DNA of 64,000 bases from Octopus bimaculoides (Eukaryota), in the NCBI RefSeq assembly GCF_001194135.2, contig NC_068981.1, positions 13,643,543-13,707,542 on the forward strand, in the 5' to 3' direction. Shown piece after piece: positions 11,031 to 22,974 of the stretch (positions within the stretch are counted from its first letter, which is position 1; every line of letters begins with the position of its first letter). The translations under genes were made by a program, and so were the position numbers. The notes under the pieces are model-generated. The model saw only the letters and a program-made list of their open reading frames with translations. It was not told where the DNA came from and made no database searches.

Positions 11031-11290
11031 TAAATTGCCCACATGGTCATGCAGGTACTCTGAATACACGAGTGCGCATGTGCACAAAAGCGCATATGGA
11101 TACACACACTCAAACACACACACACACATCCAAAAATTGCAGACGCACGCGCGCCTCGAACGNNNNNNNNNNCGACGATGCCGACTATGACGACGGTGAT
11201 GACTGTATTATACTGGCAGTTTAAAAAAAAAAACTTTTTCATTAAAAATACATTCAGTATTCATTCTTTTTATTTATATATTTCAAACAG

Positions 11291-11357
11291 ACATTGTTCA
11301 GAGGTGCAACACATTTCTATAGAGCTGTAGATATCCTTTTTGTAAATCAATGCCAAG
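11291..11357 (+). CDS. Weak candidate exon (phase 0 to 1)
   Basis: Strong acceptor ttctttttatttatatatttcaaacag and donor AAG|GTTAGA. Reads TLFRGATHFYRAVDILFVNQCQ. Confidence 0.3.
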
Positions 11358-11810
11358 GTTAGACGAATTAAGATCTAATCCGTCACGCACATGCTTACTA
11401 TTTACCATATCGTTGTTTTAAGTAATTTAAGTTTTCCATCTTTCCTGGGAAGCGAACATCAAAGACGCTTTCCTCATAAAATTCTGAAAAAAAAAAAAAA
11501 TGGTTAGAAGGCAATATGTCTTCCTGTAAAAATAGGATCTTGAAGATTTGTTGGAATCAGACTTCATTCGATGCTCAGGAGTTTTTGACTAACCGTGAAT
11601 GAGACAAAATATATTACCAGTGAATTGTCGGAAGCCGATGGGAAAGCAAACCATTTGAACTGGCTCAAGAAGACAAGTACTGCAGTAAGAACGTGCATTG
11701 TAGATGATAGAAACGTCTGGCCTAGAATCGCAAATCTAATTATAAAAAGATCGTTTTGTTATACAAGACTTTTGTCGCTTTCATTGGTGTGTAGGTGCCC
11801 CCCCCCCCGT

Positions 11811-12194
11811 GGAGGTGCAATGGCCCAGTGGTTAGGGCAGCGGTCTCGCGGTCATAGGATCGTGGTTTCGATTCCCAGACCGGGCGTTGTGAGTGTTTAT
11901 TGAGCGTAAACACCTAAAGCTTCACGAGGTTCGGCAGGGGATGGTGGCGAACCCTGCTGTACTCTTTCCCCACAACTTTCTCTCACTCTTTCTTCCTGCT
12001 TTTGTTGTGCCTGTAATTCAAAGGGCCAGCCTTGTCACACTGTGTCACGCTGAATATACCCGAGAACTACGTTAAGGTTACACGTGTCTGTGGAGTGCTC
12101 AGCCACTTGCACGTTAATTTCACGAGCAGGCTGTTCCGTTCATCGGATCGACTGAAACCCTCGACGTCGTAAGCGACAGAGTGCCAACAACAAC
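11811..12194 (+). mobile_element. SINE family D, full length, tRNA(Arg)-like head, with target-site duplication
   Basis: A box TGGCCCAGTGG, B box GGTTTCGATTCC, TCG in the anticodon-like position and (CAA)n tail. Flanked by aggtg(c/a)-polyC repeats at 11793-11808 and 12195-12210. Confidence 0.9.
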
Positions 12195-12361
12195 AGGTGA
12201 CCCCCCCCCCCTGGGAGCTCTGATGTCACAGTGGAGGGCGCTGAATTATCTGCAGAGCTGCTTCGGCATCTGATGAGACGTCGACTTCTGCATTCGGATA
12301 CGGAGTTCAGCTTCACCTTCAGTACACAAATGTTTACCTTAAAATCGCTCCATTCTGAGCA

Positions 12362-12510
12362 ATACTCTTTTACTTGTTTCAGTAATTTGACTGTGGCCAT
12401 GCTTGAGCACCGCCTTTACTCAAGGTCCCACGCAGTGGGACTCAACCCGGAACCATGTGGTTCGTATAAGCAAGCTACTTACCCCACAGACACTCCTATG
12501 CCTATGTAAA
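12362..12510 (-). mobile_element. SINE family A, internally deleted copy
   Basis: Tail and head sequences are joined at ccgcctttactcaaggt. Confidence 0.75.
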
Positions 12511-12965
12511 GGTTATGTAACTTTCTGAGAAACGGCATGAAATTTAAAGTTGCAAATGAATTCCTTCTCTACGACACACTCCTATGTTTCGATGCAGTAT
12601 ATAAAAAAATTCAATTGACCGACTGCTATTTATGATATGATTTCAAGAGTGCATGTCTGCTTGCGCACAAATTGAGACTAATCGTATAAACCGCTGGATA
12701 TCCAAACACGTTTACTGTTAAATGCATAAAAGCACATTTGTCATATTGTCTCAAGATGTTCGTATTTCAGATTCAATCAGTCACTTGGATATTTTTATAG
12801 CACATATATATTCTAATATATTTCAAATTTGTACAGTACACACCAAGTAAATATCAAAAGCATTGAGAAGCTAATGCCTGTTGAGCTAGCACTACCCCCC
12901 CCCCCNNNNNNNNNNNNNNNNNNNNNNNNNNNNNNNNNNNNNNNNNNNNNNNNCCACACACACAC

Positions 12966-13196
12966 AAGGCGGTGAGCTGGCAGAAAAGTTAGCACGCCGG
13001 GCGAAATGCTTAGCGGTATTTCGTCTGTCTTTACGTTCTGAGTTCAAATTCTGCCGAGGTAGACTTTGCCTTTCATCCTTTCGGGGTCGATTAAGCAAAT
13101 ACCAGTTACACACTGGAGTCGATATAATCGACTTAATCCGTTTGTCTGTCCTTGTTTCTCCACTCTGTGTGTAGCCCCTTTTGTGCAGCAAAGAAA
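12966..13196 (+). mobile_element. SINE family B, full length, tail type 1
   Basis: aaggcggtgagctggcagaa..gagttcaaattc..gactttgcctttcatcctttcggggtcgat..gtagcccctt..aaagaaat. The central block resembles the MetaSINE domain (tentative, from memory). Confidence 0.85.
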
Positions 13197-13199
13197 TGA

Positions 13200-13445
<246 letters not shown>

Positions 13446-14670
13446 AGTCACTGTGAGGGTATTTAGACCTCTTATAGGGATATTTTTATCCAAGATACAC
13501 TGGTTTAATATATTGCATTTTCAAGAGCTATTTCTTCAATGAATATATAATGAAATATCATAAAATATCAAATGTTATTATTCAGTTTGGAAAAGGAGAA
13601 ATTCAATTGATATAAATTAATTCATTAATTAATTACCATCGTTACCTTACCTACAATTGTTTCATTTCACACCCAATTCAAATACTCCAATAGACTTTGC
13701 AATAGTCTGGTCGAGTATTTTAAGTGATCAAAATGTAATCTCTGTATTGTCGTTTTTCATGCCCTGAAGATTTTCCACCCAAGGTATTTTGAAATGCAAA
13801 CGTATACGCATTGTAATATAAATTGGAGATGAAATGAAACAATTGTAGGTAAGGATGAAAATTGATTAATAAGTTTATTCATATCCATTGAACCTCTCCA
13901 TTTTTAAACTTAAAAGCACACAAACACATATATATTTTCGATATTGTTCTGAGAAAATAAGTTTGTTATGGTTTTTCAGAAATGCATACGTAATGATATA
14001 TTCTAAGTGCTTTTGAACTATCCAAGGCCGGGGTGAAGTGTTCATGAGTAGCCTACAGTTTACGCGCATGTGCGAACACAAATAACCTCTCATTTGTATG
14101 TTTGAATATCTCCGCTGCTTCATTTGCAATTTGTTTTTGATAAAACTCATTCAAAAATTTTCAATGTTTTTTTCTTAAACATTTTCTATCATTAATAGTG
14201 TGCTTATGTATCATTGTCTTTTTTTCAGTTAATAGTCTTCATTTAGTTACCATATTTTTTGAAATATTGAATGCACGTTTTATTAAGAACCGCTTTGCAA
14301 TAATATACCTTATAGCGGTTTGCTTCAAAATTTACATTTTCAACTGTTTCATGCTTTACTGGCGTTCTTCTAAGAATTAATTTAACAACAGTAAATATAT
14401 TTTTAGTGTTTTTTTCTTCACCATAAGATTAAATTGCTATTAAATACGCACATATCGACTTGCTTCACCTCACTTACATATTTTGTGTAATAATATTTGA
14501 ATATATATCTGCAACACATTTCTTCTGTTTGGTTTGTAACAAAGGGGTTTACAATAGTATGAATGAGACGAATTTAATTTTTCTTTATATGTAAACGTAG
14601 GTAAGATAACGATATTTACGATAGTATTGTGTTTAGTAACGAATAAAAGCTATATGAAAAAATGAATCGA

Positions 14671-14671
<1 letters not shown>

Positions 14672-14708
<37 letters not shown>

Positions 14709-14762
14709 AGTGAGTGTGTGTATGCATGATTATATGTATATATATATGTGTGCATGTGTACA

Positions 14763-14806
<44 letters not shown>

Positions 14807-14845
14807 CAAGTACCCGCACACACAAACACATACATATATATACAT
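14672..14845. repeat. (TG)n/(CA)n/(TA)n microsatellites
   Basis: Direct inspection. Confidence 0.9.
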
Positions 14846-15083
14846 AATTTTATGCAGTAATTTTTCTTTGCTTTATAAATGCATGTTCTTTAAACATAAT
14901 TGCATTTCATCTTATAAATCTATTTTACGTTTTCCACGGTTACCATTCGAGCTTACATCATGCTGTATGTCGTGTAGTGCTTTTTTCACATGCATTATTG
15001 TATCATATATTCCAATGTACACAATATAGGATTAAATAACAGAGAGCACATCAGTGTAAAACATGTACTTAAAGATAATGAGT

Positions 15084-15115
<32 letters not shown>

Positions 15116-16322
15116 TGTATGTATCTATCTATCTATCTATANNNNNNNNNNNNNNNNNNNNNNNNNNNNNNNNNNNNNNNNNNNNNNNNNNNNNNNNNNN
15201 NNNNNNNNNNNNNNNNNNNNNNNNNNNNNNNNNNNNNNNNNNNNNNNNNNNNNNNNNNNNNNNNNNNNNNNNNNNNNNNNNNNNNNNNNNNNNNNNNNNN
15301 NNNNNNNNNNNNNNNNNNNNNNNNNNNNNNNNNNNNNNNNNNNNNNNNNNNNNNNNNNNNNNNNNNNNNNNNNNNNNNNNNNNNNNNNNNNNNNNNNNNN
15401 NNNNNNNNNNNNNNNNNNNNNNNNNNNNNNNNNNNNNNNNNNNNNNNNNNNNNNNNNNNNNNNNNNNNNNNNNNNNNNNNNNNNNNNNNNNNNNNNNNNN
15501 NNNNNNNNNNNNNNNNNNNNNNNNNNNNNNNNNNNNNNNNNNNNNNNNNNNNNNNNNNNNNNNNNNNNNNNNNNNNNNNNNNNNNNNNNNNNNNNNNNNN
15601 NNNNNNNNNNNNNNNNNNNNNNNNNNNNNNNNNNNNNNNNNNNNNNNNNNNNNNNNNNNNNNNNNNNNNNNNNNNNNNNNNNNNNNNNNNNNNNTATATA
15701 TAAAATCATTCATTTATTATCATTTCAGTTAATAGAAATGAAAGATATTTTACCTTACTATACATGATTCCGACATATGCGTAATACCGTATTTCAAACA
15801 TTTTATATATATATATATAGATATATATATGTAAGATTAATTTATTCAAATATATCCAGTTTTATTACTAAATAGATGGAATTTATTGTAAGTAAGTAGT
15901 ATTACCATTAACATTTAAATAGTATTACCATTAACATTTATAGAAATTAATTTGGTTTTAAATATACTTCTAATGGATATTTGATCCAACTAACAGAACC
16001 ATAAAATATTTCGTTCGTTTGTCCTTTAAGTTACTATGAGTCAATGACGTAATACACTTAATACATATCTCGTAGAAACGTAATACGCAATTCCTCGGTA
16101 TATAAATAAGTAATCTTAATGTTATGAATTCTGAATTTATTTTATTTATACGTACTTACTATTACAATATAAAATATAGATAATTTTTTTATCTTTATTT
16201 TATCTTATTTTATTCCCCTTACACCTTTCTTTCACCTCTTTTTGAACAAATCTAGAATTATCTACAACTATATATAACCTATGTATATTTAACAGAGGCT
16301 TAAACATAATATCTATCTATCT

Positions 16323-16414
16323 AACGTTAAAGACTTTCTGTATTCCCGAGCGTCAAACTAATACATCCTTTTGTTGTTTACACCACCTGTCCTCGTCTGT
16401 TGTTTTTTTTCGTA
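16323..16414 (+). mobile_element. Penelope-like terminal-repeat fragment running into (TA)n
   Basis: aacgttaaagactttc.. matches the sequence just after the hammerhead-like motif at 51003-51021. Confidence 0.45.
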
Positions 16415-16421
16415 CATTCTC

Positions 16422-16484
<63 letters not shown>

Positions 16485-16662
16485 GCAATAAGAAAATGGA
16501 GGGGAATATGTGGTACTCACCAACTTGCAGACACTGTACTATGTTAATTAACTTGTTTATCTTTCAACCAAAAGGACAATAAAGACAATGTACGAACATA
16601 TGTAACACACTATGTCATATCAACAATCAAAGATTAAAATTTTAAAATTCAAAAGGACATGT

Positions 16663-16768
16663 ATATAATATTTCGGAATATAAACATACCTTCTTCAGAT
16701 AACCCTAGGGATTGATCAATCCTTAGGGATAGCTGAAGAAGAAATTTTTGTATTCCGAAATATCATAT
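16663..16768. ncRNA. Zero-spacer palindrome made of two divergent hammerhead-like motifs
   Basis: 45/53 pairs about the centre 16715/16716. Each arm reads CTGAAGA-A-stem II-GAAA-TAT-(C/T) on its own strand. Confidence 0.6.
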
Positions 16769-16916
16769 CAGACTATAAATGATTAAATTACACCAGTTAT
16801 TATAGTCCATTGCAGTTATTATAGTGCATTGTTGTGCCATTCAAAACACATAATTACCATTAATTATTATTGTTTACAAACAATACACAATGCTTCAAGC
16901 GAACTACAATACTCTC

Positions 16917-16917
<1 letters not shown>

Positions 16918-16966
<49 letters not shown>
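16918..16966. repeat. (TAA)n microsatellite
   Basis: Direct inspection. Confidence 0.95.
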
Positions 16967-16967
<1 letters not shown>

Positions 16968-17195
16968 TTTCTTAACTTATTTTCAGGGAAATTTAAAATA
17001 CGCACAAGAAATTGTAGATATTCCAGTTTTGGGGAGTTATTTTTCTGTTGTTCTGCGGGTTGTATTACATATCCACAGTTTTCGAATAATGAAAGGAAGC
17101 GGTTGGAATTTTCCTATGCTTTGATTGATGATGGTGTCACAATAAAAACACTGGTAACTGCGTAACCTGATAATCGCTACCTCATATGACTGACA

Positions 17196-18285
17196 ATGAG
17201 AAAACAAAATATGAATAAAGGTGGTAATGAAACTGAAGCCCTTGATGGTGACAGGCTCAGAGATACTGGTCTGACTCCAGCCTGTCGTTATCCAACAAGG
17301 GACCAGCACACACGGCCTAGACAGAACAAACAAATCAATGCTGTGGTCATGGAGTGTTACTACTCTGAGCAACCCATAGACGAAAATGGTGTTCATCTTA
17401 GGGGATACCGACAACGTATGTATGATCAATGGAGATAAAGAGGATTGTTTCAACTCACGGAACAGAGATTATATGATCAAACCAGAGCAATAAGAAAAAA
17501 ATCTCTGGTTCACAGAAGTAGAGCTCGAGGCTATCAAAAGAGGAGACGATGGAAAAGCAGAGGAAACGATGAAAATACAATTCCTACTGACGAAAGTACA
17601 GGCGAACGATAGCGACATTATTTGCAACCTTAAAAAACTGATCGGTGGAAATTGAACCAAGAATCGAAAAATGTGAATGAAATTCTGAAATACATCAGAA
17701 CAAACAACATCAGAGAAACAACTACTTTGATCACGGCAGCAAGTATTGCTGTGGGAGAAAACGTAGGTGTTGATGTTAAGAAAAAGAAATATAATCTGAG
17801 AGACAAAAGAAAATGTCCATGGGGGAAAAGAAGACTATAGGTGGGGTTAAATATGCTCTTGAAGGACCGAAAAGAAAAGGGGGATCTTTAAGGGCTGAAA
17901 GTGATAATGCAGGAACTTAAACGACAAATTATAAAGAAAGCAAAGATAGTAAGATACGACCAAAGAATGGAGGGTTACCAGCAGAATAGGTTATTCAGAG
18001 TAGACCAGGAGAGATTCTACAAAGAAATAAATCGAGAGCGTACAGAAGAAAAGTTGACACTAGATAATATTGCAAGACAAAGGTTCTGGAGTGACATCTG
18101 GAGTAAAGACAAGGAGCACAAGAAGGATGCTGAATGGCTGAAAGAACTGGAACTAACAGCAGCCTATCCAAAACAGGCAGAAATAGTCATTTCAGTTAAG
18201 GAAGTGAAGGAAATTAAGAAAATATGGGCAACTGGAAGACCCTCGTACCAGATGGAGTTCAAGGCTACTGGATCAAATGATTTTG
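17196..18285 (+). mobile_element. R4/Dong-clade retrotransposon, N-terminal ORF remnant
   Basis: VMECYY..RGYRQRMYDQW..TEQRLYDQTRAIRKN.W..ELEAIK, then ELKRQI..RYDQR..QQNRLFRVDQERFY..FWSDIW..HKKDAEWLKEL. Frameshifted and ends before the RT core. Confidence 0.8.
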
Positions 18286-18299
18286 CGAATGGTATATAT

Positions 18300-18420
18300 C
18301 TCGTTAAATGCCGACCAAGTACTAGGCTTACAAAAAATAAGCCTTGGGGATCGATTTGCTCGACTAAAGGTGATGCTCCAGTATGGCAGCAATCAAATGA
18401 ATGAAACAAGTAAAAACATA
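18300..18420 (+). mobile_element. SINE family A, 3' fragment
   Basis: aagtactaggcttacaaa..cgactaaaggtgatgctccag..gaaacaagtaaaa. Confidence 0.8.
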
Positions 18421-18469
18421 AAACAATAAAACAATGAAAAACGTAAATCATTCGACACTGAATATGTTC

Positions 18470-18717
18470 TTTTATTCTTTATTCTTTTACTTCTTTCAGT
18501 CAGTTGACTGCGGTCATGTTGCAGCACCGCCTTTAGAAGAGCAAATCAACCCGAGGACTTATTTTTTGTAAGCCTAGTACTTATTCTATCGGTTTCTTTT
18601 TCCGAACCACTAAGTCACGAGGGCGTAAATACACTAGCATCGGTTGTCAAGCGATGTTGGAGTTTGAGATGAACACAGACACGCAAACATATGCATACAT
18701 GCATGCACACATACATT

Positions 18718-18775
<58 letters not shown>

Positions 18776-19085
18776 CGGTGGGTTTCTTTCAGTTTCCCTC
18801 TCCCAAATCCACAGGTCGGCCTGAGGCTATAGTTGAAGTCACTTGCACAAGGTGCCACGCAGTAGGACTGTACTGGGAACCATGTGGTTGTCAAGCAAGA
18901 TACCCACCACAGAGCCTCTCCTTATTATACACGACGGGTTTCTTTCAGTTTCCGTCTACCAAATCCACTCACAAGGAATTGGACAGCCATATGCTATAGC
19001 AGAAGACAATTGCCCAAGATGCCACGCAGCTGGACTTAACCCAAAACCATGCGGTTGGTAAACAAGTTTCTTACCACACAGCCGC
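18470..19085 (-). mobile_element. SINE family A with duplicated head region
   Basis: Tail 18470-18680, internal microsatellite, then two head-like blocks (18775-18915 and 18930-19085). Confidence 0.8.
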
Positions 19086-19480
19086 TAATATGATGCCTAT
19101 AGATACACATTTAAATACTGACAAGTTTCTCTTCTTAAGAATATAAAACCAAATCAAGCTTTCAGAGATAATTATCCAAAATAACGATATTAATGTACAG
19201 TACAACGTAAATAGCCATTTAATAATGTAAATTTAAACATTTACAAAATGGAGTATTGATAAAACTTGGCTAATTCTAAACAATTTTAAGGATGGCTTTT
19301 TTCTTCTTTCAATATTACCATCAGGAAATAGCAGACTATCGATAATCGCTTTAGGGCGTTTATTAAAGTCTAGCAAAAGTTACTGGTGTAAATGTAGTTT
19401 AATTCCTAAATATACACATTAAACACTCACGCTAACAATCACACACTAATATACACACATGCATTCATACATAGACATAC

Positions 19481-19513
<33 letters not shown>

Positions 19514-20111
19514 CATANNNNNNNNNNNNNNNNNNNNNNNNNNNNNNNNNNNNNNNNNNNNNNNNNNNNNNNNNNNNNNNNNNNNNNNNNNNNNNNNNNN
19601 NNNNNNNNNNNNNNNNNNNNNNNNNNNNNNNNNNNNNNNNNNNNNNNNNNNNNNNNNNNNNNNNNNNNNNNNNNNNNNNNNNNNNNNNNNNNNNNNNNNN
19701 NNNNNNNNNNNNNNNNNNNNNNNNNNNNNNNNNNNNNNNNNNNNNNNNNNNNNNNNNNNNNNNNNNNNNNNNNNNNNNNNNNNNNNNNNNNNNNNNNNNN
19801 NNNNNNNNNNNNNNNNNNNNNNNNNNNNNNNNNNNNNNNNNNNNNNNNNNNNNNNNNNNNNNNNNNNNNNNNNNNNNNNNNNNNNNNNNNNNNNNNNNNN
19901 NNNNNNNNNNNNNNNNNNNNNNNNNNNNNNNNNNNNNNNNNNNNNNNNNNNNNNNNNNNNNNNNNNNNNNNNNNNNNNNNNNNNNNNNNNNNNNNNNNNN
20001 NNNNNNNNNNNNNNNNNNNNNNNNNNNNNNNNNNNNNNNNNNNNNNNNNNNNNNNNNNNNNNNNNNNNNNNNNNNNNNNNNNNNNNNNNNNNNNNNNNNN
20101 NNNNNNNNNNN

Positions 20112-20225
20112 AGTAACCGATAGAATAAGTACTAGGCTTACAAAGAATAAGTCCTGGGGTCGATTTGCTCTACTAAAGGCGGTGCTCCAGCATGGCCGCA
20201 GTGAAATGACTGAAGCAAATAAAAT
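20112..20225 (+). mobile_element. SINE family A, 3' fragment emerging from a gap
   Basis: ccgatagaataagtactaggcttacaaagaataagtcctggggtcgatttgc. Confidence 0.85.
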
Positions 20226-20235
20226 ATTGTATATA

Positions 20236-20275
<40 letters not shown>

Positions 20276-20401
20276 CATACATACATACATACATACTTAC
20301 ATACATACGCAAACACACAGACACATGCATACACACATATATTTTCATTTACACACACGCACACACATAAATATACATATACATACATACACACACACAC
20401 G

Positions 20402-20436
<35 letters not shown>

Positions 20437-20437
20437 C

Positions 20438-20508
<71 letters not shown>

Positions 20509-20719
20509 TAAAAAAAAGTCTAGGTAGAAAATACTAAACTGATTTTATCGCTTTTGAATATATTGTTTTTAATATTTGCGTAGGTGTTATTCTAAACAGC
20601 AGTTGTAGTAAAGTAAGAAAGAGGAAGAAGAAGATGATGAAGAAGAAGGAGACATGGAGGAGAGAAAGAATAAGAAAATGCAGGATGGTAGGATAATAGT
20701 AGGATGTTAAATGGTCAAG

Positions 20720-21075
20720 TGACCTAAAAGTGACGCGTTGTGGATTATAGAAGTGATTGGGTCTGTTTTAAATGAATTCTTGTGTATCTCTTTTGAATGT
20801 ATCATTTTTAATATTTGCGCGTGTGCTATTCTAATGTCGTGGTGGATAATGTCGTTTGTTGTAGATGCGATCAAAAGGGATCTGCATTTTGTAATAAAGA
20901 GAGGCTCTTTAATAATTCGTTGGCTACAGGTTGTATCGTCCCTGAATTGAAAGAGGGGAACAATTCTGAAGCCTGGATTTTTGTTATTGGCGCAAATGTC
21001 GATGTGTTAGCTGAATGCTATTTTTCCGTTTTTCTAAATTTTGATCTGGGATCTGTGCAAAAACATCCTTTGACG
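20720..21075 (-). mobile_element. Penelope-like GIY-YIG endonuclease C-terminal remnant
   Basis: Minus strand reads NPGFRIVPLFQFRDDTT..QRIIKEPLFITK, similar to the F-x-I..R-x-I-x-E-x-L-F-I end of Penelope endonucleases. Confidence 0.5.
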
Positions 21076-21094
21076 TAGACTGTGTTTTGTTTGG

Positions 21095-21345
21095 CCTATG
21101 TATTGTGTATGTGTATGTGGGTAGATGTATCTGCGCGTGTACGTGCTTCTCTCCCACGTTGCCTGACGGACTGTGTTGATTTATTTACGTCCCAGCTTTT
21201 TAACGCTCCTGTAAAAGAGATAGAAAGAATAAGTACTAGACTTAAAAAACATATTAGTAGTGGAGTAGTCCTGATCGACAACTCTTCAAAGTGGTGCACC
21301 AGCAGGGCCATGCTCTGTTGACTGAAACAAGTACGAGATAAAAGT
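21095..21345 (+). mobile_element. SINE family A, decayed 3' half
   Basis: gatagaaagaataagtactagacttaaaa..gactgaaacaagta. Confidence 0.65.
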
Positions 21346-21648
21346 AATTAGTTCTAGAAACCTGGAGGCATAAATTAAATACCAATTTCGTTGATGAGTC
21401 TGAGGTGTGCATGTGATAATGAAATTCAACTGTGTAGAAATTTGGTGCAGCACAATTTAAATCTCTAAGTGGCGGTAGTGATGGGTGTGTGGTGTATGCG
21501 TGGTGAAGTGAGTCAAATATCGTGAGTCACCTTATTTACAGAATTTATTGGCACTACTCTAATTCAAGCTGTTTGTTAATTGTTGGCTTCTGTTTTTCTC
21601 TTATTTTATATTATTATTTCACAATGCAAATATTTCTTTTATCCGCAG

Positions 21649-21697
21649 GCTATCGATGTTGCGATCTACAGTTACTGCGTTATTCTTGTTCATGTCT
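21649..21697 (+). CDS. Weak candidate exon, possibly a first coding exon with a signal-peptide-like start
   Basis: Acceptor tttcttttatccgcag and donor GTATGT. One frame gives MLRSTVTALFLFMS. All three frames are open, so the frame is undetermined. Confidence 0.3.
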
Positions 21698-21920
21698 GTA
21701 TGTTTTTGCGATATTCTTTAATTTGGAATTTCTGTGGAAGAATCATGCTGCTAATGTAACATTTATTCGTTGCATTTGGTGCACAAGATCTGACATGCAT
21801 AGTGCCATACGAAAGTATGCGCATATCTGTAATGCAGATAAAGAAGTTTGCGTCGCACAAAGGAACGTTTCTTCGACAAACATTTTCGTTTCTTAAGTCC
21901 TGAGGGGTTCAATTATATAT

Positions 21921-22100
21921 TTTATTTCTTTATTGCCCACAAGGGGCTAAACATAGAGGGGACAAACAAGGACAGACAAAGGGATTAAGTTGATTACATC
22001 CACCCCAGTGCATAACTGCTACTTTATTTATCGACCCCGAAAGGGTGAAAGGCAAAGTCGACATCGGCGGAATTTGAACTCAGAACGTAACGGCAGTCGA
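21921..22100 (-). mobile_element. SINE family B, tail type 1, 5'-truncated
   Basis: Reverse complement of 12966-13196. Confidence 0.85.
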
Positions 22101-22415
22101 AGTTCAGAAAACCAATCAAAATTTGAAAAAACCAATAGTAGAGGGACAAGGCAAAGAAAATTCAACAATCTGCATTGTGAACCATTCCATTGACGCTTTT
22201 GATAATTTGCTTATTGGAGGTATATATTGAGCACTAAACACCATTGGTCAAAACACCGAGGAGGTTTTTTAATGATGTTATGTAATGTCTCAACAAGCAA
22301 TTATGTAATGTTGGCAGTTAATTTACCGAAACCTGTGTATGTTTTATAAGCATAAAATACCATAAATGTTTTCTGTTTTTCATTAATGCTATTCCGTCGC
22401 TCGTATTACACTCAC

Positions 22416-22492
22416 CTGCTTAACCCATTGCTTGATACCCCACGTCGTACCTTACTTCCTATCAGAGCAGAGTGTGCGATGTACTGCTGAGC
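22416..22492 (-). CDS. Weak candidate exon on the minus strand
   Basis: Acceptor actaaatttcag and donor CAG|GTGAGT. Reads AQQYIAHSALIGSKVRRGVSSNGLS. No partner exon established. Confidence 0.25.
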
Positions 22493-22974
22493 CTGAAATT
22501 TAGTTACGTGCTACGCTTCATAGCGTTTATGTATTCTATGTGTATGCATATATATGTTAGTAATAATATCGGCTAAGTATTCTGCATTCCTTTTATGAGG
22601 CATATTTGATTTCCATTTTCTTTTGTTTCTTTAATTGCCAAAGTCATAAAATCATAGCACCGACTAGTTGCTGTGCCATTGCACACTTCTATTAAGCTAT
22701 GAAGAACTTGCCAGCCAAACTTCAATTAATGGTTAAATATCTCACTAAAATGAGTTAGTATTGTACTGTTTATGTTCACACGTGTCTATGAATTCTAAAA
22801 CACCTGGCACATATTTAATCGCTACAACTTATTAATATCTCCTAGAAGAATATTCTGAAAGTTTCTTCTCTCATATCTCATTCCAGTAATTACTTCATGG
22901 TGATGTATGAAGTGACTGCTCTTTTTCTATATCATATCCTAATCTAATTAACTAGTATTCCGTCGGTTATTGGT

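Noticed and set aside
9119-11242. Long ORFs of 100-246 aa (poly-His, poly-Ile, poly-Asp, HT/YI repeats)
   Set aside because: They are translations of di-, tri- and tetranucleotide repeats, open in several frames at once. The same applies to similar ORFs at 13044-13542, 43572-46811 and 54978-55611.
11811-11886. tRNA-like sequences (also 6480-6550 and 52065-52130) as tRNA genes
   Set aside because: A and B boxes are present but there is no complete cloverleaf, and each continues into a SINE body.
14990-15767. ORFs of 190-490 aa spanning N runs (also 19446-20370, 33646-34362, 35789-36971, 44736-46211)
   Set aside because: Their length comes from assembly gaps.
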